Made by a program: the position numbers and the translations under genes
The notes under the pieces: generated by a model
Seen by the model: the letters and a program-made list of their open reading frames with translations, nothing else
Databases searched by the model: none
Told to the model about the DNA's origin: nothing
In this document: positions 1 to 15,700 of the stretch, in pieces
Layout of the letters: the number at the start of each line of letters is the position of its first letter
How positions within the stretch are numbered: the first letter of the stretch is position 1
NCBI GenBank assembly: GCA_964016885.1
Contig: OZ024740.1
Location: forward strand, 134,168,001 to 134,232,000
Direction of reading: 5' to 3'
Origin: Eledone cirrhosa
Taxonomy: Eukaryota
DNA length: 64,000 bases

Positions 1-3000
1 TGGGGAACGACGTTTCGGGCATAAGCCCTTCTTCAGGTGAAAAGTGTGTGGGAAGAGAGTTCAAAGGGTGTGTAGGGGAGTGGTGGAGAGACATATAGCA
101 AAAAGGGGGTGAGAGGAAACGGTGCAAATGAAATTAAAAATAAAGGCATGATCAAAATAAAATTAAAATGGGGTAAAACAGGTGGTGGAAGGGTGTGGTG
201 CGTGTAGGGGTGGTGGCGGGTGGAGTGGGGAGAGGGAGACGGGGTGTCCGAGCGGGGAGGGCTGAAGGTGGTGTGTCTGTGTAGGTGTACGTGTGTGTGT
301 GTGTATGTGAAAGCAAGGGTTGGGGGAAGAACGGGGTTGCATGTTCAGGAAGAGGTGTGTGTGGAGTGGGGTGTAGGTCGGAGTGTGTGTGCGTGTGTGG
401 ATAGAGGGGTGGGGAAGAGGAATCCGGAGGCTGAATGTGTAAATATGTGGTGGTACGCACGTGTGTGTCTGGTGTTTAAGCGTGTTGTGGGTGTAGGTGG
501 CGTGTGGGAAAAAAAAATTTGGGGGGTGTGTGTGTGGGTGAGTCATAAAGGTGATTCCGTAAGAAGATGTGGTGGAATGCTTAGTAAAATCCTTGGATGT
601 GGTAGATTCCGGGATCAAGGTTCACATCCGTGAAGGGATTGGTCGGAAGAGGGGGGATGTGGGGTGCACGCGGAACAGGAAGTGGTCAAGGCAGGAGGAG
701 TGCTGTGTGTCTGTGTGTGTGCGGGGAGGTGGTCAGAGGGCATAGCAGCAGTAGGGTAGAATGGTGAGTGAAGGTTTGTTGTGTGTCTGTGTGTGCGGGG
801 AGGTGGTCAGAGGGCATAGCAGCAGTAGGGTAGAATGGTAAAGGGGAGAGGATGGGTAGGTGTGAAAGTTGGAGTGAGGAGGGGGGTGCGTGTATTAGTA
901 GAGGTATTAGTGGGATGAGTGAGTGTTTGAGAAAGGGTGTGGGTGGAGGGGGGAGAAGGGTGTGGGGGTCAATGGAGGGAGTGTGGTGTACTGGTGTGTG
1001 TGTTTGGTGAAGGGGGTGTTAGTGGGTGTTAGTATACAGGAGATGGAGAAAGGGTTGAATGCGGGTGTGATTGGGGGTCAGTGGTGGTAGGGTGTATAGA
1101 GTGGGTGGTGTAAGAGGGTGTGTGTGTACGTGTGCGTAGGGTTGGGGGTGTTAGTGATGTTAGTTGCGTGTAGGGTGGGTGGTGTAAGTGGGTGTGTGTG
1201 TTCGTGTGCTTGGGGTCAGAGGGTGTTAGTGATGTTAGTTGCGGGAAGGTGGGGTGGATGTGTGGGGGTGAGGGTTAGTGGTGGTAGTAGGGTGTGTGTT
1301 TAGTGTGAGCGTGTGTATATGTGTGGGGTGGGTGTGTGCGTGTGATAAGGAGGGGGGAGGAGAAGAAGTGAGGGATGTTGGTAGTTAGTTGGGGAAGGGT
1401 GGTCGGATGTGAGGTGGAGTGGAGGTGTTAGTATTGTTAGTTGTGGGATGGGCGGTGAAAAGGAGGGGTGTGTTAGTGGTGTTAGTGGGGGATATGTGTG
1501 GGGGGAGGGGGCGGTCGAAGGCTAAAGGAATAAGGGTGGGGAGTTCAGGCCGGGGGGAGTGTGGGTCTGTAAGATGAAGATGGTTCGTTGTTCAACTCTT
1601 AGATTGGCGGGTGTTCCGTGGCATTGGAGTAGGCCACAGACTGTGAGATGGCGTGCGGAATGTCCAGGGGCACCAAAGTGGCGGGCGCTGGGGGAACTAC
1701 CACCGAGATGAATATCCCGGAAGTGCTCAGTAAATCTGTCCGCCAGGCGACGTCCAGTCTGTCCGACGTAAGTCGAGCTGCATTCCGTGCAGCGAAGTCC
1801 GTAGACTAGGTTGGAGGAGGTGCAGCGGAAGGCATGCCGGACAGAGAGAGAGTGGCCGTTGGGACCCTGGAAGGTGGTGGTGTTGGTGATGTGGGGACAG
1901 GTGTTGCAGCGGGGCCTAGAACAGGGAAAGGAACCGGGGGGGAAGAGAGCGTGGGTTGGGGGGTAGGGAGCTGTGGACGAGGAGGGTGCGGAGATTGCGT
2001 GCGCGTTTGAAGGAGGGGAGTGGTGGGGCTGGGAAGATGTGGGAGGTGGAGGGGTCGGACTGGAGGCGTCGGAAGAGGCGGAGGATGGTGCGGTGGAGGG
2101 GTATGGGGGAGGGGTGGTAGGTGATGGGGAAGGGGAGACGGTGGTGGGTGTGCGGTGGCGTGGGGTGAGGGTGGTGGAGCGGTGGACAGCACGGGCGCGG
2201 GTGAGAGCGGTGTGGACGAGAGAGGGGGGTAAGCTCTGCGGATGAAATGGCTGACTAGGGAAAGGGCCTGGGACTCAAAGTCAGTATCTCGGCTACAGAG
2301 GCGGCGGATCCTGAGGAGTTGGGAGTAGGGAATAGAGTGTTTAGTGTGTGTGGGGTGGGAAGAGGTGAAGTCGAGGTAAGAGTGGGAGTCGGTGGGTTTG
2401 AAGAAGGCAGAGGTGACGAGGGAGTGGTGGGAGGGGTCGAAGGCAACGGAGATATCTAAGAAGTGAACGTGGGTGGTGGAGATAGAGATGGTGAAGTGGA
2501 AGGAGGAGTGGAAGGAGCAGAAGAAGGAGAGAAAGAAGTCGAGCTGTTCTCAGGTGAGGGTCGTGGCTCCGATACAGTCATCGATGTAACGACCGTACAG
2601 TTCGGGCGTGGGGCCGGTGTACTGGGCAAAGATTTGGGCCTCAACATGGCCAAAAAAAAGGTTGGCATAGTTTGGGCCCATTCTTGTACCCATGGCTAAC
2701 CCCGTGACCTGTTGGTGAAACTCACCCGAGAAGGAGAAACAATTGAGGGTGAGGACCAGTTCGGCGAGGCGAAGGAGGGTGCGGTGGAGGGAATGGGGGA
2801 GGGGCGTAGGTTGAGGTAGTGTTTGAGGGCGCGTAGGCCGTCGGCGTGGGGGATGACGGTATAGAGGGACTTGATGTCTAGGGTGAAGAGAAGGGCTGTG
2901 GGCCTGGTGGGTAGGTGAAGAAGTCGAAAAGGCGCAGGGCGTGGTTGGTGTCGGATATGTAGGAGGGGAGGGTGGTGACAAGGGGGGCGAGGATGGAGTC

Positions 3001-4963
3001 GAGAAAGGCGGAGATGAGTTCGATGGGGCAGTTGCAAGCGGAGACGATGGGGCGGCCGGGGTTGTCAAGTTTGTGGAGTTTGCGGAGGAAGCAGATGGTG
3101 GGGTGCGGGGGGTGCGGACAATGAGGTGGGAAGCGGGGGGGGGAGGAGGGAGGAGGAGACAAGGTGTTGGATGGTGGAGGAAACTTGTTGTTGGTAGAGG
3201 GGTGTGGGATCGGAGGGTAGAGGGCGGTAGAAGAGGGGGTTACGGAGCTGCCTGAGGGCTTCGGCCGTGTAGAGGTCCGCGCGCCACACCACCATGGCGC
3301 CTCCCTTGTCCACCGGTTTGATGACGATGTCATCTCGGCTACGGAGGGAGCGGAGAGCGAGGAGTTCACCCCTTGAGATATTATTCCGTTTGGAACGGTG
3401 GCGGAAGTCGAAACGATTTACGGCGCTACGGCTGGCATCGACGAAGGCGTCCAGGGTGCTAAATTGCCCTGGGGCCGGCGTCCAAGAAGATGGTCGTCGG
3501 CCCAGGGCGAGAAACGGGTCTAGGGCGTCCGGAGCCGGTGGCGTTCGGGCGAAATGGGCCTGTAGCTTCGTGCGTCGCACGAATCGCTCGACTTCCGTTC
3601 GGGTGCGGAACTCGTCGCTGTAAGGAGTGTGGTGTATGAAGCGAAGGCCTCTACTAAGGAGTGAGCGCTCAGGTGCGGATAAGGGGAGGTCAGGCGGTAT
3701 GGTGACAACAAGTGGTGGGGTTTGGGTTTGTGGGGGGAAGGGAGGGTGTGGTGAGGGTGAGGTGGAGGGTGGAGATTGGGTAGGGGTGTGGGTCGAGGGA
3801 GGGGTGGAGAGTGGTTGGCTCATGCGGATTGGCGGGTGGTGGTGGATGGGGGTGGTTGGGAAGAGTGAGTGTAGCTTGCGGGCTTTGGTGGAGGTGAGGA
3901 AGGAGAAGAGGTCGTGGTTGAGGTTTTGGATGAAGGAGAGGATGGCTTGGGCGAGGAGGGGGTGGCAGGTGGAGTTAAGTCGGAGGAGGGTGGGGGTCAG
4001 TTGGTGGTCAAGTTTGCGGAGGGTGGAACGGGAGGCGTGGATGGAGTTGCGCATTAGGAGGCATGAGGATCGGGTGAGGATACGTTGCGTGGAGGGGGAA
4101 GCGGCGGGGGAAATGTGGAGGTGTAGACGGAAGCCGAGGGGGATAAGGTGGAGGCGGAGGCAGTGGCTGAGGAAATGGATGTGGCTGGAGTGCCGGGTTT
4201 GGGCGAAGAGAAGGTAGGAGAGTTGAAGGGCAGAGGGGAGATAGCAGGGTGGGAGGAGGGGGGGGGGAGTTTGAGGCTAGTGTGTAGTTGGTGGAGAAAG
4301 GATCTCAGGCTGGGGTTGTGGGCGTTGGGTGAAAGCAGGGGGAGGGATGAGAAAGCAGGTGTGTGTAGCGGGGTGGGGTGGAACGAAGGAGTGAGTGCGA
4401 AGGATAGGCAGAGACGGGGAATGGAAAATGAAACAGAAAAACGTAAGGAGGGGAGAGTATACACAGGAAAAATAAAGACAAAATATCATAAAGGTAAAAA
4501 CACAGGCAATCGTGGACAAAAAATCATAGAAATAAAATTGTAAAAACACAGGCAAAAAATCATATACAGAAATAAACAAGTACAGTAAATAAAATCAAAC
4601 AAAGGTAATGCGTGGAAGGAATGAATAAGTGTGGGAAGGTGTGTGGAAAGTTCAGAGAGTGGTCACGGCGGATTAGATCGGGGTTGAGCCGGTAGTTAGG
4701 TTATATTCCAAAGGTATGTAAGCCGTGTGAGCGTGTATTGTATAATGAAAAATTGAACGGGAACAAAACAGAGAGGCAGTACAACAAATGTTTATTAATT
4801 TCACGCTCTTGAGAGTGAGCTGGTGGTGGGAACGACGTTTCGGGCATAAGCCCTTCTTCAGGTGAAAAGTGTGTGGGAAGAGAGTTCAAAGGGTGTGTAG
4901 GGGAGTGGTGGAGAGACATATAGCAAAAAGGGGGTGAGAGGAAACGGTGCAAATGAAATTAAA
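1..4963 (-). mobile_element. Penelope-like retroelement (Neptune-type), near full length and frameshifted, with direct pseudo-LTRs
   Basis: 1-138 is repeated at about 4827-4963. Minus-strand fragments give the PLE N-terminus (HIHFLSHCLRLHLIPLGFRL), RT (IKPVDKGGAMVV, PGRPIVS, LDIKSLYT, GLAMGTRMGPNYANLF, RYIDD), a CxxxxCxxC linker and GIY-YIG (LVYGLRCTECSSTYVGQTGRRLADRFTEH, about 1720-1810). It ends at a (TA)n tract. Confidence 0.92.
5..40 (-). ncRNA. Hammerhead-like motif in PLE pseudo-LTR (copies at about 4828-4865 and 40178-40213)
   Basis: The minus strand reads CUGAAGA-a-GGGC-uuau-GCCC-GAAA-CGUCGU. Core and stem II are clear, but stem I is not evident. Confidence 0.55.
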
Positions 4964-4981
4964 TATATATATATATATGTA

Positions 4982-5372
4982 TATATTAATAAGAGGAATT
5001 CCAACTTTGTCTGATTTACTCGTTTTATTTACAATCCTTTAAAATTTATAATGGTATTATAATGAAATAGTATGATAGAATATTAAATGTTAAGTGTTAA
5101 TTGAACAAGTACTTTCACGCTTTCGCAATCTTCAGGTTCACAATGTGTGGTGACAGTCAAGTTTGCAATTTTCAACTGTTGAAAATTGCAAACTTGACTG
5201 TCACCACACATTGTGAACCTGAAGATTGCGAAAGCGTGAAAGTACTTGTTCAATTAACACTTAACATTTAATATTCTATCATACTATTTCATTATAATAC
5301 CATTATAAATTTTAAAGGATTGTAAATAAAACGAGTAAATCAGACAAAGTTGGAATTCCTCTTATTAATATA
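4982..5372. repeat. Perfect fold-back palindrome of about 391 bp (1-nt centre at 5177), derived from a PLE pseudo-LTR
   Basis: The two arms read as exact reverse complements by eye. It is flanked by (TA)n and each arm carries a hammerhead. Confidence 0.93.
5214..5252 (+). ncRNA. Minimal type I hammerhead ribozyme (mirror copy 5102-5140 on the minus strand)
   Basis: UGAAC-CUGAAGA-uugcgaaagcgu-GAAA-GUAC-UU-GUUCA. Stem I is UGAAC/GUUCA, stem II is ugc-gaaa-gcg, and stem III is the palindrome AGUACU. Confidence 0.8.
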
Positions 5373-5438
5373 ATCTTCTATACACAATCATACACACCTG
5401 TGTATATTTATCTATCTCTCTATATATATATGTATATA

Positions 5439-8872
<3,434 letters not shown>

Positions 8873-9107
8873 ATATTATTAATAAATGGAAACTATATTT
8901 ATAAAACCATATTTATTTTATTATATATATTTCAAGGGCAAACAAGGCAAATTATGGTGCGCTTTCACCATATAAAATACACATTTGTTTTATAAATAAA
9001 TATTGACATACCCGGAAAAAAGACAACCTTAACGGTTGGAGCTTCCTGGATAGTTTTTAAGCTTGTTGAATCCCAACAAATTAAATATAACCTCTGCATA
9101 TATATAT

Positions 9108-9190
<83 letters not shown>

Positions 9191-9191
9191 C

Positions 9192-9230
<39 letters not shown>

Positions 9231-9332
9231 TGAAAAAAATGAAAACGAAATTTCATTTCTCACTCTTAGTATGGCACTTACTTAAATGTAAGTATACGTA
9301 CATACATATATGTATACAGACGTACAGTAGCA

Positions 9333-9408
<76 letters not shown>

Positions 9409-9557
9409 CAGGTACACATACACATATGCACGCATCAGTTTAGCGGACGCTTATTATAACGCCGCTTTGTTTGTTTGTCAACAAACTGAACAGCCTGAAT
9501 TTATGCCATACGGTGTTAAGGCAACCACATCACCTTTTTGTTCAACACTGACACAGG

Positions 9558-9602
9558 AACGATGTACTAGTTTCAAGCTTGTTAGCTATCATCAGCACCG
9601 TT
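9558..9602 (-). ncRNA. Minimal type I hammerhead ribozyme, unit 1
   Basis: The reverse complement reads AACGGUG-CUGAUGA-u-AGCU-aaca-AGCU-u-GAAA-CUAG-UA-CAUCGUU. Confidence 0.88.
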
Positions 9603-9836
9603 TACCGATCTGCCAGATAGTTGAACGTTCGAAAGTATATACTTTCCTTATGAAAATTAACGGCTGAGCAGCCTAATTTGCATAATGAGTGAGTTAAATC
9701 GGTCAGGCATACCGAAAACGATAAGTTGAAAAAAATGAAAACGAAATTTCATTTCTCACTCCTAGTATGGCACTTACTGAAATGTAAGTATGTATGTATA
9801 CGTACATACATATATGTATACAGACGTACAGTAGCA

Positions 9837-9921
<85 letters not shown>

Positions 9922-10067
9922 GTACACATACATATATGCACGCATCAGTTTAGCGGACGCTTATTATAACGCCGCTTTGTTCGTTTATCAACCAGCTGGG
10001 CAGCCTGAATTTATGCCATACGGTGTTAAGGCAACCACGTCACCTTTTTGTTCAACACTGACACAGG

Positions 10068-10112
10068 AACGATGTACTAGTTTCAAGCTTGTTAGCTATC
10101 ATCAGCACCATT
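10068..10112 (-). ncRNA. Minimal type I hammerhead ribozyme, unit 2
   Basis: Same motif as unit 1, with one stem I substitution (C to U, giving a U-G pair). Confidence 0.87.
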
Positions 10113-10349
10113 TACCCATCTGCCAGATAGTTGAACGTTCGAAAGTATATACTTTCTTTATGAAAATTAACGGCTGAGCAGCCTAATTTGCATAATGAGT
10201 GAGTTCAATCGGTCAGGCATACCGAAAACGATAAGTTGAAAAAAATGAAAACGAAATTTCATTTCTCACTCTTAGTATGGCACTTACTTAAATGTAAGTA
10301 TGTATGTATACGTACATACATATATGTATACAGACGTACAGTAGCATGC

Positions 10350-10380
<31 letters not shown>

Positions 10381-10529
10381 CAGGTACACATACATATATG
10401 CACGCATCAGTTTAGCGGACGCTTATTATAACGCCGCTTTGTTCGTTTGTCAACAAACTGAACAGCCTGAATTTATGCCATACGGTGTTACGGCAACCAC
10501 GTCACCTTTTTGTTCAACACTGACACAGG

Positions 10530-10574
10530 AACGATGTACTAGTTTCAAGCTTGTTAGCTATCATCAGCACCGTT
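10530..10574 (-). ncRNA. Minimal type I hammerhead ribozyme, unit 3
   Basis: Identical motif to unit 1. Confidence 0.88.
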
Positions 10575-10713
10575 TACCCATCTGCCAGATAGTTGAACGT
10601 TCGAAATGCCTGACCGATTTAACTCACTCATTATGCAAATTAGGCTGCTCAGCCGTTAATTTTCATAAGGAAAGTATATACTTTCGAACGTTCAACTATC
10701 TGGCAGATGGGTA

Positions 10714-10758
10714 AACGGTGCTGATGATAGCTAACAAGCTTGAAACTAGTACATCGTT
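10714..10758 (+). ncRNA. Minimal type I hammerhead ribozyme, inverted unit
   Basis: aacggtg ctgatga tagctaacaagctt gaaa ctag ta catcgtt. Stem I is 7 bp, stem II is 4 bp, stem III is the palindrome ACUAGU, and the triplet is GUA. Confidence 0.88.
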
Positions 10759-10907
10759 CCTGTGTCAGTGTTGAACAAAAAGGTGACGTGGTTGCCTTAA
10801 CACCGTATGGCATAAATTCAGGCTGTTCAGTTTGTTGACAAACGAACAAAGCGGCGTTATAATAAGCGTCCGCTAAACTGATGCGTGCATATATGTATGT
10901 GTACCTG

Positions 10908-10947
<40 letters not shown>

Positions 10948-11092
10948 TGCTACTGTACGTCTGTATACATATATGTATGTACGTATACATACATACCTAT
11001 ATATATATTTATATATATATATATATAAAAATAACAGATTAAAGTTTAAGCAAAGAATCGGTGCTTTCACCCTTAACGGGATTATTATTATT

Positions 11093-11388
<296 letters not shown>

Positions 11389-12048
11389 CAGAGGGAGGTT
11401 GGAGTTAAGGGGGGGTGAAGGGAGACATAGATTAATGAACAAAAGAGAACAAGACAGAAACAGTGTGAAAATGGAAAGAAAGTAAGAGACAATGAGAAAA
11501 ATGATACTTGAAATTACTACTAAAGTCTCCAAACTGTAAATTGGCGCCCAAAATGGCATGTCTGAAAGAGCTACAAGTTGTACCATTGTTATGGAGTTAT
11601 TAATGAATATAACAAAATTGACAAAAAGAGAAATGCAAATAGACGCAATAGAAATTTAACTCTCTCCTCGTTATACCTTTCTTCCTCATTCTACTACTCC
11701 TACTTCATTTTTTAACGTCACCACCATTATTTCTCTTATAGTTTTTCGATTTTGTTTTGTTTCTTTTTCGACTGAAACGCTTTTTGTCTTCTAATGGTTT
11801 TGTTTCGAGGACTTAGACAAGTATTTTATACCTCTTTTCCTTCTCGGCTCGAATTTGCTTTCATCACCTTCCACACAACCTGATACCTAGTCAATAATAC
11901 AATGCCAAACGAGTACTGTCCTCCGAATATATATATGTCTGCATAAGAATCCGACACCTCACATTGACTTAACACATACGGCCTTATTCAAAGTGTGGCA
12001 GAGTTACCGATCGCTGTCATAAGCAGTGCCAAAATCTATAGTAATCAA

Positions 12049-12087
<39 letters not shown>

Positions 12088-12689
12088 ACACACACACATA
12101 CACACATACACACATACACACACACACTTATATATATGTATGTGTGTGTGTAGAGACTAGAGCCTAATACTACTATTCTATTGTATAGCGATAGGAGACT
12201 GATTCTTTAATAACCGTTTTTCACTCGCTTGTTAATTTGTGTCTGAGACACGTTGGCTGAGTGCTTATGGCAGGAGCGAAACTATTTGAATTTGGCCAAT
12301 TGGTTGATGGCATTGTGATGACGCGTAGGGATTTCAGTTGCCAATGTTTTACTGTGTTGGCCGTCACATTCAGTCATAGCCGACACGGACTGGAATAGAA
12401 TTCTGTCGATCGATTGCTTATTGATTAGGCGAAACTCGCTGATGAAGCCACATACGCCGATTGTGCATTGTTGCATAATAAACAGATACAGTGGATACTG
12501 TGCACTCTATTGCTGCATTAAGTGTGGCAGAAACTCGAGTTCGTGTATAGATTGAAGGTACCCATATACATGTGTTGTGTTAAAGCGAATAACTATGTGT
12601 CTACTCTGGAAGAGTAATTAACTTTACCTATTGAGTACGCTAAAATGAACCCAGTACTAGCAGTGAAACCGATGCTAGTCCCGTCAACC

Positions 12690-12762
<73 letters not shown>

Positions 12763-12767
<5 letters not shown>

Positions 12768-15700
12768 ACAGGGAGAAAGAGACGATTATTAGGAAGAAAA
12801 ATATTTTTTATTCCTTTTTTGTTTCTCTCTCTCTTTTTTCTGGGTTAGAAAATGATTAAAACGAAATCTTTTACTTTGTGTGAAGTGTTAAGGTATTAGT
12901 TGATTTATTTATTATTTAACAATGGCATTTATTTATTTATCTATTTATATATTTAATAATTGTCTATCACCGGTTTCAGAATTTGTATGCATTATCAAAT
13001 GATAGTGAAATGTATTAGTGTGGTCTCACACATGTTAAAGAGAAGGTGCAGAAAGAATAATGTTATTTACAAACAAGGTTTTTGAACTGAAGAGAAAAAA
13101 GAAAAAAACGGGCATAATATAGACCATAAAAAGTCAATGTGGAAGAAAAAAAATTATTATTTACAGGCATAGTTCTTGAAGTTAAACAGATCAAAATGTG
13201 TTAATATAGCAAGAGTGCTTAGTTGATCCATGATTTCCATGATGGAGGCAAATGGTGGACTGAGGTTTGATTTCCCTTTTTAGAGAGTTAATATGCAGGG
13301 GGAAGCAATTCTTGCTGGATGATATTTAATTATTTAAGAAAAAGGATTAGGTAGGGTGTGATGGAGGTAACTCTTGTAAATGTGTGATTGTTTGTTGCAG
13401 TTTTAGATTGGTCCGATTTTTAGAGCATTAAGTAGAGGTTGGAATTTGTTAATGAAATATGTTTCCTTATTGGTACCTTGGATGAAAGTAGCGTTGTCAA
13501 TGAATTTGTAAATGGGGAAAATTTTAAAGTTTGGATGTTGGCTGTGAGCACAATTGGCGATATGTTCACTAAATGCAATCTTTCTGTATTCCTGTATTTT
13601 AATTTGTGATTTATAGACGGTCATACGTTGACGGAGGCTTTTTTTTGTCTGTCCTATGTAGTGCTCTTGACAACCTGAGCAGGTCAAAACATAGATTAGG
13701 TTTTCAGATACACATGTAAAGTTGTGTTTAACTGTGAAACGCTGTCCTTGTTGAAAATGGAATGTTGAACCTTCTATTATATTTATGCATATACCACAGT
13801 TGGGCCTTCCGCATTTTGTTACTGTAGGATTCATTGTGAGGGTTTGTTTGATTTTGGCTTGTGTGAGGATGTTTTTTATGGATTTAGGTTGTCTTTTGCT
13901 CTTTATGATGTTGTGTGTTTGGAGGATTTTGTTCATTCTCGGTTCTCTTTTTAGTAAAGGAATGTTCTGGAGGATGGTGTCGAATGCCTCATTGTTGAGG
14001 GGGTTGTGTGTGGAGATGTATGATAGAGTTTTTTGTTGCGGTTCATTCCTGGGTTTGGGGTGTCTGAGTTCCTGGATGTCTAGTTTGAGGGCACGTTGGA
14101 ATCCATTGTTGATTAGGGATAGTGGGTAGTTTCGGCTGATAAGTGTGTTTTTTAATTCTTCTAGTCGTGTGTAGCATGTGTATTTATCTGAAACTATTGT
14201 GCAGATCCTTCTGGCTAGGTTATAAGGAATTGCCAATTTGGTGTCTAGGGTGGCACGAGTTGAATGGAAGGTATTGTTTGAAGTCTGTGGGTTTGTAGTA
14301 TATGTCTGTTTCTATTTTGTTGCTTGTTTTCTTGATGAGGATGTTGAGGAAAGGGAGTTGTTCATGGCTGTAATCCATTGTGAATTGTAAGTTAGTGTTG
14401 AGCCCATTCAGAAGTGTTTTGAACTCAAACAGTCTATCTATACTTTCATGCCAGAGGATGAAGCAATCGTCCAGATATCTCTTCCAGTTCTTTTCTATGT
14501 GTTGGTAGAAGTGGTTGCCGTATTTGTCTAGAACTTTGCGGTAGAGAGTGGTTTCCAAATATCCCATGAAAAGGTTGGCGTATGAGGGGGCCACTTTCGT
14601 GCCCATGGCAGTCCCAGATTTCTGTCTGTAGTATTTGGCATTGAATTCGAAGAAATTGTTTTCCAAGATGAATTTGAGTCCCTCCAACACAAATTCGTTA
14701 GGGATGCGCTGTGGGAGTTCACTAGGGAAATTTTCTATCCAGAATTGTATTGCCTCTATACCCAGGTTGTGTGGGATATTGGAATATAAATTGATGACAT
14801 CAAATGTTACTAGAAGGGTATGTTCGTTATTGAGTGTTGTTGGGAGGTGGTTGAGCATGTCAAGGTCGTCCCTTATGAAGCTTTTTATATGTTTTAGGAA
14901 AGGTTTAAGCAGAATATCTAGGAAGTTGCTTAGGCGGTGGGTTTCACATGTGGGGCATGCTATTATGGTTCTTAATTTAAGGTCATCATGAGCGGCTATA
15001 TTGATGTAAACGTCTGTGGCTTTCTTGCAGGCCCTGCCTATTACTTCGCTTTTGTGTGTCTTGGGGATACCGTAGAAGAGGCTGGTTCTGCTTTTGAAAT
15101 TGGTGATGTAGTTGTATTCCTTGTCTGTAAGGCCTCTTTGTAAAGGGTTGTTAGGGATTTTAGGTTCTCATTATTTTCTGTTGTGTGTAGTGTTGGGCTT
15201 TTTCATAATATGTTTGGTTTTCTAGAGTTTAGAGTACAAGAGTTGTGTAATAATCTGTCTCCATAAGGACTACTGCACTCCCTTTATCTGCTTCTTTGAT
15301 TGTTAGGGTTTTGTCGTTTTTTAGACTGTTAAGACCATTCCATTCTTTTTTTGCTTAGGTTTGGTTTTTGTTTATGCCTGTGTAGGTGGTGGTATGTGTA
15401 ATTAGTAATGTGTTCGCAGAATTGATCGAGGAATTTATTCTTGCCTTTTGGTGCGGTGTAGTTGCTTCTATTTCTGGCTATTGAGTCATCCTCATTGTAT
15501 TTGTCGTATAGTTGTTCGCTGAGTCTTAGTTTTTTACACAATTCTGCAATATCTTCCTTCATTTCGGGGTAGTTTGGTTGTTGGGGAGTTGGTGTAAATT
15601 TTAGACCTTTGGAGAGTATGTTGATTTGGTCTATTGTTAATCCTTTAGAGGTTAAATTGACAATTTTTATTGCATTTTGTGTCTTCTGTGTGTTTTGTGT

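Larger units (their letters stand above)
9225..10995. repeat. Array of about 460-510 bp hammerhead-containing units: three tandem (minus sense) plus one inverted
   Basis: Near-identical units start at about 9225, 9726 and 10236, with an inverted copy at about 10606-10995. Each contains a variable internal (TA)n. The ORFs listed here are microsatellite artefacts. Confidence 0.93.

Noticed and set aside
9225-10995. CRISPR-like or coding tandem array (repeated [10 protein letters not shown]... ORFs)
   Set aside because: Units are about 500 bp with no unique spacers and no cas genes. The ORFs start inside microsatellites and lie antisense to the ribozyme.
12425-12460. Type II hammerhead (ggc-GAAA-cucg-CUGAUGA-agcc)
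   Set aside because: Only four bases lie between GAAA and CUGAUGA, leaving no room for stems III and I. It is more likely a decayed type I core in a solo pLTR.
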